Of a DNA stretch of 64,000 nucleotides, positions 29,742 through 43,017 are shown in pieces; position 1 is the first letter of the stretch; each line of letters starts with the position of its first letter. The notes under the pieces were generated by a model. The model was not told the origin of the DNA, searched no databases, and worked only from the letters and a program-made list of their open reading frames with translations. The DNA is taken from contig OX597814.1 of assembly GCA_951406725.2 (NCBI GenBank), positions 70,432,001 to 70,496,000 of the forward strand, given 5' to 3'. Origin of the DNA: Octopus vulgaris (taxonomy: Eukaryota). The position numbers were made by a program, and so were the translations under genes.

Positions 29742-30346
29742 TAATAGAAATATTAAAATAACTAAGTCTCTCTAAAAGAGAACAGCGGCAGCGTTCCCGG
29801 AAAATAATAGTTATCGCCATACTAATATGGCATTCTTATAAAAATAAGAAAAAAGCTGTCCGCTTATTAGCTCCATGAGGCCATCGCCTTAAGTTAGCTA
29901 TTTGATACACAAACTTTATCCATATAACCTTCGAACAAGGGAGGTCAGTCGCTCCACACTACTTGACCGGCAGCTACATACGCGTTTCGGGGTATTGCCC
30001 CTTTTCAATGCAGCGTAGCCAGCCAGTAGGTGCCGCTTCCGACAATCTCTGTTCGATGGTTTTATTTACCTAGTTTCGGTGGAATACATCCACTTGTTTT
30101 CAATAATAGAAATATTAAAATAACTAAGTCTCTCTAAAAGAGAACAGCGGCAGCGTTCCCGGAAAATAATAGTTATCGCCATACTAATATGGCATTCTTA
30201 TAAAAATAACCTTGTTCGAAGGTTATATGGATACAGTTTGTGTATCAAATAGCTAACATAAGGCGATGGCCTCATGAAGCTAATAAGCGGACAGCTTTTT
30301 TCTTATTTTTATAAGAATGCCATATTAGTATGGCGATAACTATTAT
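29742..30346 (-). mobile_element. Retrozyme-like non-coding element: 1.3 head-to-tail units of 362 nt plus inverted arm
   Basis: Direct repeat 29742-29847 / 30104-30209; 30210-30346 is the inverse of 29804-29940. Confidence 0.8.
29973..30014 (-). ncRNA. Hammerhead with U3-A8 core
   Basis: gctgca TTGAAAA gggg-caata-cccc GAAA cgcg TA tgtagc. Confidence 0.85.
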
Positions 30347-30469
30347 ATATATGTATATATATATGTATATATATATATGTATATATATATATGTATATAT
30401 ATGTATATATACAATGGCGGTGCCCCAGCATGGCCACAGCTCAAGAGCTGAAACTGGAAAACATAGACA

Positions 30470-31896
30470 TAAACAATAAAATACCACTTTTGCTTAACCT
30501 CTGCAACCACACACTTTCCACCTTTGTCGCTCCAAAGATTTGGCACCAATCTCAAATCATTCCAATACCCAAAAAAGGCGATTTGTCCCTCGTCACCAAC
30601 TACAGGGGCATATCTCTAATGTCAATTGCTGCAAAACTGTACAACAAACTGATCCTAAATCGTCTTGTCCTTTTGTTGAACCTTTGCTCCGAAAGAACCA
30701 AAATAGATTCAGACATGGGCGCTCAACGCTGAGCCAGATACTATGCCTGCGCAGACTTATTGAAGAATCAAAAGCATTTAATCGCGATCTTGCAATGGTA
30801 TTTGTAGACTTTTCTAAAGCGTTCGATTCTGTAGATAGGTGCAAGATGTTTGAAATCCTTAAGCTCTATGGGATACCAAACAAAATTATTTCTGCCATCA
30901 AGGTCCGCTACACAGATACGTCTTCAACCATCTTAACCCCTGATGGAGAAACATCATCTTTCTCGATCGAGGCCGGAATACTGCAGGGAGACACACTCGC
31001 CCCATTTCTTTTCATCATTGTTGTTGATTATGTGCTACGTATGTCAGTTGATACCATCTCTGGCAAGGGCTTTGAAATAAAACCAAGAAGAAGTTCCAGA
31101 CACCCAGCTGAGTACTTGACAGACACTGACTTTGCTGACGACATCGCTCTTATCAGTGATTCTCTCTCCAATGCCCAGTCTCTTTTACAATCTCTTGAAC
31201 AAGCCTCAAATTGTGTAGGTCTTTACCTCAATGAGACCAAAACTGAATACATAAACAAGTGCCTGTCCAACAGTGATTGCATCCATCCACACTCTCAACA
31301 GTGCACCTTTAAATATGGTTTCTGATTATAAATATCTTGGGTCATACATATCATCATCTGGAAAAGACTTTCTAACTAGAAAGGGTATGGCCTGGTCAGC
31401 CTGTAATGACATGCATAAGATCTGGTCATCAAATCTAAGTAGAGACTTCAAACTTGAAATATTCAAAGCCACAGTCGAACCAATCCTACTATATGGCTCA
31501 GAAACCTGGACGTTATCAAAGAAGCTTGAGAGGCGGTTGGATGGAACCTACACTCGCCTCCTTATGAGAGCTCAAAATCTCTCGTGGAGGCGCCATCCAA
31601 CTAAAATGCAAATATATGGGAAATTACCACCTGTGTCATCTCTTGTGAAAGGTAGGAGAGTCCAGTTTGCTGGACATTGTTGTAGAGCTGAAAAAGAAGT
31701 AATTTCTACTCTTCTCCTCTGGAAGCCATCTACTCGCAACACCAGAGGGCGCACACTCTCCTACCCTGATGTAATCTCCAGGGATACAGGCATCCAGCAA
31801 CAGGACCTCCGTAATGCTATGATGGACCGTGAAGTCTGGCGCAACATGGTAAATTCCATTGTCTCGACCACGGTCGAACAATGATGATGATGATGA
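30470..31896 (+). mobile_element. RTE-clade LINE, 5'-truncated, with (TGA)n tail
   Basis: NYRGISLMSIAAK, VDFSKAFDSV, GILQGDTLAPFLF, DFADDIAL, LLYGSETWTL; ends tgatgatgatgat. Confidence 0.9.
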
Positions 31897-31936
31897 TATG
31901 TATATCTATATATCTATATATATATGTGTATATATA

Positions 31937-31968
<32 letters not shown>

Positions 31969-31988
31969 CATATATATACATATATATA

Positions 31989-32034
<46 letters not shown>

Positions 32035-32061
32035 TACATATATATATACATATATATATAT

Positions 32062-33815
32062 ATTTCAGCAATCCTGATATGACTGATCTGGGCTGTATCA
32101 GTGATGTTACTCCCCAATACACTTTATCGGACATAACCTTTGGCGCTCCTGATGTCTTAGCAGCAATAAAGGAAATGAAGCATAATTCAGCAGTAGGTCC
32201 CGATAGGTTCCCTGCTTGTGTCTTGAAGATGTGTCAAAACCAACTTGCACCCCCTCTAGCCAATCTGTGGCGGAACTCACTGGATGCTGGATATATACCA
32301 GAAGACCTTCTATCCCAGTCTGTTGTCCCAGTTTTCAAAAAAGGAAACAAATCGCTTGCCGTGAATTACCGTCCAATCTCACTCATCTCTCATATCATTA
32401 AGGTATTTGAGAGAGTGCTGAGATCGCGTATGACTCACTTCCTTGAGAGTCATAATATGCTGAACTCCAACCAGCATGGATTCCGTAATGGGAGAGATTG
32501 CCTGACGCAGCTACTGCATCATTTTGATGACATTTTGAGAGCCTTGGGAGAGGGTTCCAACACTGATGTCATCTACCTTGATTTCAGCAAGGCCTTTGAC
32601 AGGGTTGATCATAAGATCCTTCTGAGAAAGCTGTCCAATATTGGTGTCACTGGAAAGCTGCTGCAGTGGATCAAGTGCTTCCTGTCTAACAGAACCCAAC
32701 ATGTTGTAGTTGAAGGAGTCAAATCCAGCCCAGCCAAAGTCAGCAGTGGTGTCCCACAAGGCACTGTGTTGGGCCCACTTCTCTTCACCATCTACATAAA
32801 TGATATTATTGACACCATCAAACACAGTAACATCAGAACCTTCGCTGATGATTCCAAGCTCCAGAAGGTCATCAATGGCGTGGATGACTGAATAAGCCTT
32901 CAGTCAGACCTACTGGCTGTTGTCCAATGGGCGGAAAAGAATAACATGTTGCTAAACGAAGACAAAATCGAACTGATCCACTTTGGAAGGGAGGACGCTC
33001 TGAAACTCCCATACTCTCTTCCTTCTGGAGAAATTCTCATGGCATCCAACAACATCAGAGACTTGGAAGTAACAGTGGACAACAACATAAGCTGGGCTAC
33101 ACATATAAGCAGCAAAGTTGACATGGCCCGCAGAATATGTTCCTGGATTCTCAGAACCTTCCAGTCGAGAGATTCCCACACTATTATCCTTCTCTTCTCC
33201 ACTTTTGCCCGACCCCACCTTGAATACTGCTGTCCACTGTGGTCTCCCTACACAAAACAAAATATTATGAGAATTGAAGCTCCCCAAAGGTCAATCACAA
33301 AAAAGATAGATGGCATGTCAGACCTTGACTACTGGGGTAGACTAGAGAAGCTGAAACTGTATTCACTCCAACGACGCCGTGAACGCTACATTATCTGTAT
33401 GATGTGGAAAATATTCCATCAGCACTGTCCGAATGATGTTGGCATCACCTTCAAAATACATCCAAGTTTTGGACCACGTGCCATCCGTCCACAACAAAAA
33501 TCTAAATCGCATCACATAACGACAATACGGCACAACTTTTTCACCTCAATTGGACCCGCTCTCTTCAACATTACACCAGGACACGTCAAAAAAGAAACTG
33601 ACCACACAAAATTAAAGAAGTCTTTGGACAAATTCCTTCAAACAGTCTCGGACAAACCACCCACACCCGGATATGTCTCCGCAAACAATAACTCTCTGCT
33701 CGAATGGGCCTCGGTGCCCAAATCCTGAATTGAAAGACTTCGCCAGGTGGTGCTATTAAGTTAGACATGGCCTGGGCCAATATTGGCCAAAACCTTTCTA
33801 AGTTATTCTAAGTTA
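32062..33815 (+). mobile_element. CR1-group LINE (family C), 5'-truncated with intact 3' end
   Basis: [40 protein letters not shown]; ends in tandem ttctaagtta. Confidence 0.9.
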
Positions 33816-33830
33816 TACATATATACATAG

Positions 33831-33910
<80 letters not shown>

Positions 33911-33959
33911 ATATATACATATATATATACATATATACATATACATATATATATATATG

Positions 33960-34010
<51 letters not shown>

Positions 34011-34207
34011 ATATATGTATGTATACATATATATATATATGTATGTATATATATATATGTATATATATATATATGTATGTATATATATATATGTATGTAT
34101 GTATATATATATATATGTATGTATGTATATATATATGTATGTATATATATATATATGTATGTATATATATATATATATGTATATATATATGTATGTATAT
34201 ATATATG

Positions 34208-34268
<61 letters not shown>

Positions 34269-34295
34269 GTATGTATATATATATATGTATGTATA

Positions 34296-34374
<79 letters not shown>

Positions 34375-34376
34375 TG

Positions 34377-34783
34377 TAATAATAGTTATCGCCAAACTAA
34401 TACGGCAGTCCATAAATATAAGACTAAAGCTGTCGCTGATTAGCTCCAAGAGGCCATCGCCTCTATCTAGCTATATGACACACGAACCTGCGTCCATTAC
34501 AACCTTCGAACAGGGGAGGTCAGCCGCTTCACCTTGCTAGTCAGACATCTGCAGACATGTTTCAGGGATGTTGCCCTTTATCAATGCAACGTAGTCAGAC
34601 CCAGCAGGTGTCGCTAGCGACCGTCCATTCGAAGATTTTATTTACCTAATTTCAGTGGAATACATCCACTTGTTTTCAATAATAGAAATATTAAAATTAT
34701 TAAGTCTCTCTAAAGGAGATTACGGCAGCGTTACTGGATATTAATATTAGTTTGCCGATAAATATTAATATCCAGTAACGCTG
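34377..34783 (-). mobile_element. Second, diverged copy of the retrozyme-like unit with short fold-back
   Basis: Colinear with 29804-30168; 34746-34783 is an inverted arm spanning the unit junction. Confidence 0.8.
34549..34589 (-). ncRNA. Hammerhead with U3-A8 core
   Basis: ttgca TTGATAA aggg-caacat-ccct GAAA catg TC tgcag. Confidence 0.85.
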
Positions 34784-35081
34784 GATATATATATGCATAT
34801 ATATATATATATATGTATATATATACGTATATATATGTATATATATACATATATATGTATGTATATATACATACACACATATATTTATACATATATATAT
34901 ATACATATATATATATGTATATATATATACATAAATATATATACATATATATATACATATATATATATGTATATATATATATACATAAATATATATACAT
35001 ATATATATACATATACATATATACATATATATATATATACATATACATATATATATACGTATACATATATATATATACATG

Positions 35082-35139
<58 letters not shown>

Positions 35140-35455
35140 CACATATATATATGTATATATATAGACATATATATATATACTTATATATATATATGCATAT
35201 ATATATATGCATATATATATATATATATATATATACATACATATATATACATATATATATATATACATATATATATACATATATATATACATATATATAT
35301 ATACATATATATATATACATATATATATATACATATATATACATATATATATACATATCTATATATACATATATATATATACCTATATATATATATATAT
35401 ATATACATATATATATACATATATATATAGACATATATACATACATATATATATC

Positions 35456-35512
<57 letters not shown>

Positions 35513-35629
35513 GTATTGCATTACTATTTTCATTGAAAGTTCTTCACTGTTCTCGTTCTGTTAACGTTTTGGCGTTCAGACGAGTGTACTGGCATAGATG
35601 TGGCAACATTTGAAATTTTGTCTAGGTAT

Positions 35630-35700
35630 ATGCAGCTGATGAGGACAAATCAAATCTACGTTGTCAAACGTATTTGAAGAGTCTGAAACCGGTCCTGCAT
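35630..35700 (+). ncRNA. Canonical type I hammerhead in a ~380-nt orphan segment (35510-35890)
   Basis: atgcag CTGATGA ggac...gtct GAAA ccgg TC ctgcat. Confidence 0.88.
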
Positions 35701-35902
35701 TATCCGTTTCTAGGTTTTTCATTTTTTAGATGTTATTCCATGGTGTAAACAAATTATTTTCACGTTTGTTGCACACACACCTCTTTGCTAGTAATTACGC
35801 AGTGAAGCTATACAATAGCGTTGTATTTATTACGATCGCTATTTTCTAGTAAATACCAGGACTTCGTTGTACCATTTATTTACTTTTATATATATATATA
35901 TA

Positions 35903-38222
35903 TATTATATTAAAATAGAGACAAAACCACTATTAGGCAAATCATGCAATGAAAAACTTAAGCTAATACATAAGATTATTTAATTTATATTATTTAAATA
36001 TATAACAAAATTATTAAAAAAATATAATTAATATATCACTACAATCGTTTCATGGCTGTTAATTTCTTTAAATTTTCGAGTTACAGTCATTCATCAGGTG
36101 GTTTAAATATCTAAAATATAATCAATATTTTTAAGATATAAATAATATATATAATATAATATAATAATTTTACTTATAATAAACTCCATTATCAAATATG
36201 ATTATATCGAAATCGATTATAATGTTAAATATTAACTTTAATTTATAAGGTAGGAAACCCATAATCTAATATCAATATTAGTCTATATCTAATTACATAA
36301 ATATTTAAAATGACTAATATATATATAAATTATCAATGAAAATATATATAAATATTATAATCAAGATCTAAAATAATCTCTATAAATAAATGTATATAAT
36401 GAAAACTTAATAAATTTAATTTTTCATATTTAAAGATGAAATAGCTAATTTCAAAATACAAATAAAGTAACTTAAACTGACTTTCAGAAATCTTATGTAA
36501 AATACTTTTAGAAATAATCAATTCTTAGTAATATAGTATCGAATAAATACTATAAGTACTATAAATATAATTATGAATGGGAATAATTATCTAATATAAA
36601 TTTAAAGAAATAACAAAATTATGCTATTAAATTAGACATGGCCTAGACCAATCTTTAGTCGAAACATATATAATTTTATCAAAGTTTATCTAATTTAATT
36701 ATAAATTTAAAACTACAATTAATGCTATTAAAACATGTATATACAAAGCCAAACTTAATACACCTAGTATGCTTGCTATCAAATAATAAATCTATCACTA
36801 AAAAGTATCTTACGAAAAAACTTCAATTTAATATCTAATAACATAGAAAATTACGATAATTAGATCATTACATAAACAACGATATTTACATAAGGAGAAT
36901 ATTATTACTCCAAAGGCTTATACAATATTAAAATTTACAATTTGAAGATCTTAAAACATACATACTTATCTTGGCGAGGTTTAAACAATGAACTAAAATT
37001 TTGAATCAAAAAAACGTCTTATACAGCGTTTATAAGAATACTCATGGAATTACGTTATTAGCAAAAAAAAGAATAAATTGTTGAAGAATTCATTACGCGT
37101 GAGGAACCTACGTTTATTAAAGATTATGAATGGAAAATTATATGTTTATCATTGTAAAATGAATGAATTCACAAATAAAGAATAAAATCTCTCTACACTA
37201 TAATATTTATTAATAAAATAACTATGATAAATGAAACTTAATACAAAATAAATTAAATGATTTAAATGATTAAAAACCACTAATTATTAAATATATTCTA
37301 AAAATCTTATAAGATTAATAAATACATAAAAATTAATTTATATAGTAACCCCACTACATACAATAAATTCTTTCCCATGCCCTTATAATTATAAGCTAAA
37401 ATTAGTGATCATAACAAATCTATAAATACTTATCAAAATTTGTAGTATAACTATACATACGTATACATAAATATATAAGAAAATATCCATACATATACAT
37501 ATATATATACATATATACACATATACACATATACATGCATATACATATACATACACATATACACATACATACACACATACATTCATATACATATATATAC
37601 ACACATATATACACACACTTACACCCATACACATATGCACACTCATACATACATGTACATACATACAATACTCATTATATACACTTACACCAATATATAC
37701 ACACACATACATATAAATAAATGTATATACATATATATATATACACACACATCATCATATACACATATATACAAACACACACATCCACATATATTATAAA
37801 TAAATAGATATATAAATGTCTATAATCATACTACAATACAAAATAGAGGTAAATATTAAGTTAAATCTAAAAATTAATCTACTAATCTATACTTCTATAT
37901 TAAATAAAATGGATTAAATAAACAACTAAATAAAACTATTTCAAATATAAAGAGATTACATACAAATAGATTAATATAACAAAATTATAATTTAACGAAA
38001 TTATAATAGAAATATAACAAAATATATAAAATAAATAAAATTGTAACTTACCAGACTCAATATTCAATAAACCATTAAATATTTATTATTTAGTAATAAA
38101 ATATTTAGTAATAAAATGAACAACCATCTATAATCTAACTATAATTAAAAACAGAACCTAAATAACTAAAATAAACTATGATTTGCCTAATAGTGGTTTT
38201 GTCTCTAATTTAATATAATATT
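35903..38222 (-). mobile_element. PLE long AT-rich 3' region with short inverted arm
   Basis: Diverged reverse complement of ~42300-44672; 38177-38222 inverts 35903-35947. Confidence 0.8.
36037..36100 (-). ncRNA. Type I hammerhead motif
   Basis: cac CTGATGA atgactgt...acagccat GAAA cgattg TA gtg. Confidence 0.78.
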
Positions 38223-41200
38223 CAAACTCAGTGGGTGACACTCAAATTGTACACATAGGACAGCTGAATATCGTCATATGCACTACATATCGCCCACCAG
38301 ATGCCCCAAATCACTCAGGCATGTTTGAAGACTGCATAACAAAAATAGAAATCCTCGCCAACCTTGAACAACACAACAGTGTATTCTTCATGGGTGACAT
38401 CAACTTCCCCAATGTGGAATGGCCTGGGGGGCAGATGCTCTCAGGCACAGGCAGAGTCCCTGCTCCATCTCACAAATGCCTCTTTCAGAGAGCAAATAGT
38501 TCTGCAACCAACAAGGGCAGATAATATACTGGATTTCTGCTTCATAAACAATATGTATATTATCCATAATGTTAAAGTGATGCCGACAATGATCTCGGAT
38601 CACAACATAATAGAGCTGTCTATGTATGGACCAAAAGCCCTCGTAGACACACAGCCTATACGAAGCATCCACCATCTCTCCAACTTAAACTTTCATAAAG
38701 CAAACTGGAAGTTGATTGAGAAAGAGATCCTCAAACAGGGTTGGCCTAAATGTCTCTCTACACCGGACATTAACATGAAACACAAACACTTCATGTCCAT
38801 AATACAAGCCATATGTGACAAATATTCTAAGTGTGCAGGGCCAGCACACACAAAAACAAAAACAGGATCCCTAGAGAAAGGAAGATTCTTATGAGACAAC
38901 AGACAAGGATTGCGAACCGCCTGAGCAAGCCCACCAAAAGTGGTGAGAAGTCTCGGCTCGAAAGAATGCTAATGGAAATTGAGAAAAGTCTGCATCAGTC
39001 CTATGAAAAGGAGAGAGCAGATAAAGAAGCTTGGGTAATAGAAAATATAAAATCAAACCCTAAAGCTTTCTTTAAGTTTGCCAAAGAGACATCCACAGTG
39101 CACCAGAGAATAGGAACTCTCTTCCAAAAAGATGGCTCTCTCACAGGAAATCCGACGAGGATAAGTGAAATACTGAACGAACAATTCCAAAGTGTGTTCA
39201 CTACACCTCTAGGACACAGGCAAGTAAACAACCCAAAAGAATTCTTTGCCACTTTACCTGCGGCCAAAGAGGCAAAAATTGAGTACATCAACATTGAAGA
39301 TGATGATATCACACTAGTCATAGATGAGATTGACACAAACTCAACTGCTAGATCTGATGGATTTCCAGCGATCCTTCTCAAATCGTGCAAACGAGCCCTG
39401 CTACAGCTTCTTTTTCAGAGCTTTCTTACAAGTGGTAAGCTCCCAGTCAAATTGAAAGAGGGGGTAATATGCCCTATCCATAAGGGAGGTAGCAGAGCAG
39501 ATGCTAAAAATTATAGGCCTATCTCTCTGACCTCACACATCAGCATAGTCATGGAACGAATAGTCCGCAAGAAACTCTCTTTTCTCTTTTTACTTGTTTC
39601 AGTCATTTGACTGCGGCCATGCTGGAGCACCGCCTTTAATCGAGCAACTCGACCTCGGGACTTTATTCTTTGTAAGCCCAGTACTTATTCTATTGGTTTC
39701 TTTTGCTGAACTGCAAAGTGACGGGGACATAAACACACCAGCATCGGTTGTCAAGCAATGCTAGGGGGACAAACACTAACACACAAACACACACACACAC
39801 ACATATATATATACATATATACGACGGGCTTCTTTCAGTTTCCATCGAACAAATCCACTCACAAAGCTTTGGTCAGCCCGAGTCTATAGTAGAAGACAGT
39901 TACCCAAGGTGCCACGCTGTGGGACTGAACCCGGATCCATGTGGTTGGTAAACAAGCTACTTACCACACAGCCACTCCTGCGCCTAATCATGTTCCTTGA
40001 AGAAAATGACTTGCTGTCTGACACCCAGCATGGATTTCGACCAGGTAGAAGCTGCCTAACACAGCTCCTGCAACACTATGACTGGATGTTAAAACAGCTA
40101 CTAAATGGCTCAAATGTGGATGTAATATATCTCGACTTTGCAAAAGCCTTTGATAAAGTCGACTACGGTATGATCTGTCACAAACTGCGTGGTCTCGGCA
40201 TAGGCGGAAAACTTGGAGAGTGGCTGCACAACTTCCTAAAAGACAGAAAACAGGCAGTTGTGAGCAATAGAGCCACCTCTAGGGAAACACAAATAACAAG
40301 CGGTGTTCCACAGGACACTGTCTTGGGGGCCACTGCTGTTTATAGTGGCCCTTTCAGACATGCCTTCAGTTGCTACAATGGCCACCCTTGCTAGCTATGC
40401 AGATGACACAAAAGTCTCCCACACAATACAAAACCCTGAAAATACTGCGCATCTGCAACAGGAGTTGGATACAAAATACAGGTGGGCTGAGGACAGCAAC
40501 ATGCAGTTTAATGCAGGTAAGTTCCAGGCCCTGCGCTACCGGCACACAAAGGTAAACGACGTGCAGACTGGATACACTGGCCCAGGAAGAATTGCAATCC
40601 CTGAGTCAAAATCAGTGCGTGACCTGGGCATTGACATGAGCAATGATGCATCTTTCCAAGTGCGTATTACTAATCTGGTGATAAAATGCTGACGGCTAGC
40701 TGGATGGATTCTCCGAACTTTCAGAACAAGAGAGAAGGAGACACTGATGGTCCTCTGGAAAACATTCGTCCTCAGCCGCTTGGACTACTGCTCCCAACTA
40801 TGGTCACCACACAATATAAAACTAACAGCAGAACTCGAAGCAATTCAAAGAAGCTACACTAAGAAGCTCGTCTCAATGCAAAATATCAGCTACTGGGAAA
40901 GAGTGAAAGTATTAAACCCCTTCTCCCTAGAGCGGAGGCGGGAGAGATATGTGGTGATATACATCTGGAAAATCCTGGAGGGTCTTGTCCCAAACTTTGG
41001 CATTCAAAGTTACCACAACCGCAGAACAGGGCACTACTGCATGGTGCCAAAGATTCCAACATCACCATCAAAATACAGGTCCAGATACTCAAACAGCTTG
41101 GGTTTTCAGAGGACCACAGCTCTTTAACAGTCTCCCTAAATGCCTGAGAGACTTACATGGTGTGGATGTGGGTTTCTTTAAAACTAAACTGGATCTCTTC

Positions 41201-41388
41201 TTATTGGGGGTCCCACATGAACCTACCTCACGACAGGAGACACAGATGCGGGCAGCAGCATCGAACTCCCTTGTTGATCAAGTGCCACGTATCAGAGGTG
41301 GATTCACATATTAGTGTAGCTCAATTCAGCGGTGGTGCTCCAGCATGGCCGCAGCCTTCGGGCTAAAACATTTTTAAGGATTTAAGGA
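38223..41388 (+). mobile_element. CR1-group LINE (family A): APE fragment, RT and 3' end, interrupted by a SINE
   Basis: TYRPP, MGDINFP, ISDHNII, RT motifs, 3' tail ggtggtgctccagcatggccgcag. Confidence 0.92.
39577..39989 (-). mobile_element. SINE (family 2) inserted into the LINE RT
   Basis: Splits gaaact|aatcatgttcc, which is intact at 2866-2882. Confidence 0.85.
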
Positions 41389-41506
41389 TATATATATACA
41401 TATATATACATATATATATATATATACATACATATATATATATATACATACATATATATATATACATACATATATACATACATATATACATATATATATA
41501 TATACA

Positions 41507-41582
<76 letters not shown>

Positions 41583-42735
41583 CATACATACATATATACA
41601 TTTTTATAAATATAGTAATAATTTTGGAGTAGGTTATTCCACCACTAATAGTGTAGGTAACATTATTTCTTCTTTTAACAAATTCAAATTGAATAATTTT
41701 TATAAAAATAAATTATTTAATAATACCAATAATAAAGACAAGATACTAATTAACTGTACACGTAGAGATAAATCTAAATGTAAATTAAATAATAAATGTG
41801 ATACTAATGATGTAGTGTATAAATGTATAGTTACATTACATGATAAGAATATTAAGAATAATAATAACTCAAACGCGATATATATAGGGTCCACTTCCTC
41901 TAAAATAAAATTAAGAATCGCACAACATTTGAATTCATTTAAAAATAAAAACTTAATTAACTCCACTGGACTTAGTAAGTACATTTGGAGACTTAAATCC
42001 CAAAATATTAATTATAATTTATCTTGGGAAATAATTAGTAAAACTAAATCATATACTATAGGAGCGAATTTTTGTTATTTGTGCTCTAATGAGTTTAAGG
42101 AAATTTTATTTTATAAGCATGATAATTTACTGAATATCTGTGATGAGCGCAAAATAAAATGCAGACACAAGTTACTTTACTTATATAATAAGTTTCTTGA
42201 TAAATAATAATTATTTATTAGCCGTAATTAGCTCCCTATTTATTGTTTTATGTAATAGTATTATAAATATACCAGGTGATTTGTAGTACACATTATAATA
42301 GTTTATTTTAGTTATTTAGGTTCTGTTTTTAATTATAGTTAGATTATAGATGGTTTTTCATTTTATTACTAAATATTTTATGACTAAATAATAAATATTT
42401 AATGGTTTATTGAATATTGAGTCTGGTAAGTTATAATTTTATTTATTTTATAAATTTTGTTAAATTTTGTTATATTTCTATTATAACTTCGTTAAATTAT
42501 AATTTTGTTATATTAATCTATTTGTATGTAATCTCTTTATATTTGGAATAGTTTTATTTAGTTGTTTACTTAATCCATTTTATTTAATATAGAAGTATAA
42601 ATTAGTAGATTAATTTTTTAGATGTAACTTAATATTTACCTCTATTATGTATTGTAGTATGATTATAGACATTTATATATCTATTTATTTATAATATATG
42701 TGGATGTGTGTGTTTGTATATATGTGTATTTGATG

Positions 42736-42772
<37 letters not shown>

Positions 42773-42775
<3 letters not shown>

Positions 42776-42960
42776 GGTCCCGGGTTGATTCGGGGTTAAC
42801 CACAGTAAGTAAGGTACTCAATACATAGCAGAGTAAAATTAATTTATTATATAGAAGGAGCTTCTACAGGACTAGTACTGTTTCATTCAAGAGAAATCTT
42901 CAGGAGCTTCCTGAAGATTTCTCTTGAATGAAACAGTACTAGTCCTGTAGAAGCTCCTTC

Positions 42961-42968
<8 letters not shown>
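42773..42968. mobile_element. Minimal fold-back hammerhead element nested in (TA)n
   Basis: Perfect 60-bp arms 42846-42905 / 42909-42968, 3-nt spacer, left extension 42773-42845. Confidence 0.85.
42903..42957 (+). ncRNA. Type I hammerhead motif
   Basis: ggagcttc CTGAAGA t-ttc-tctt-gaa-t GAAA cag-tactagtc-ctg TA gaagctcc; 8-bp stem I. Confidence 0.85.

Positions 42969-43017
<49 letters not shown>

Noticed and set aside
35903-38222. Mitochondrial insertion or control region, given the extreme AT content
   Set aside because: No mitochondrial gene or tRNA is recognisable; it is homologous to the 3' region of the GIY-YIG element at 41600-44672.
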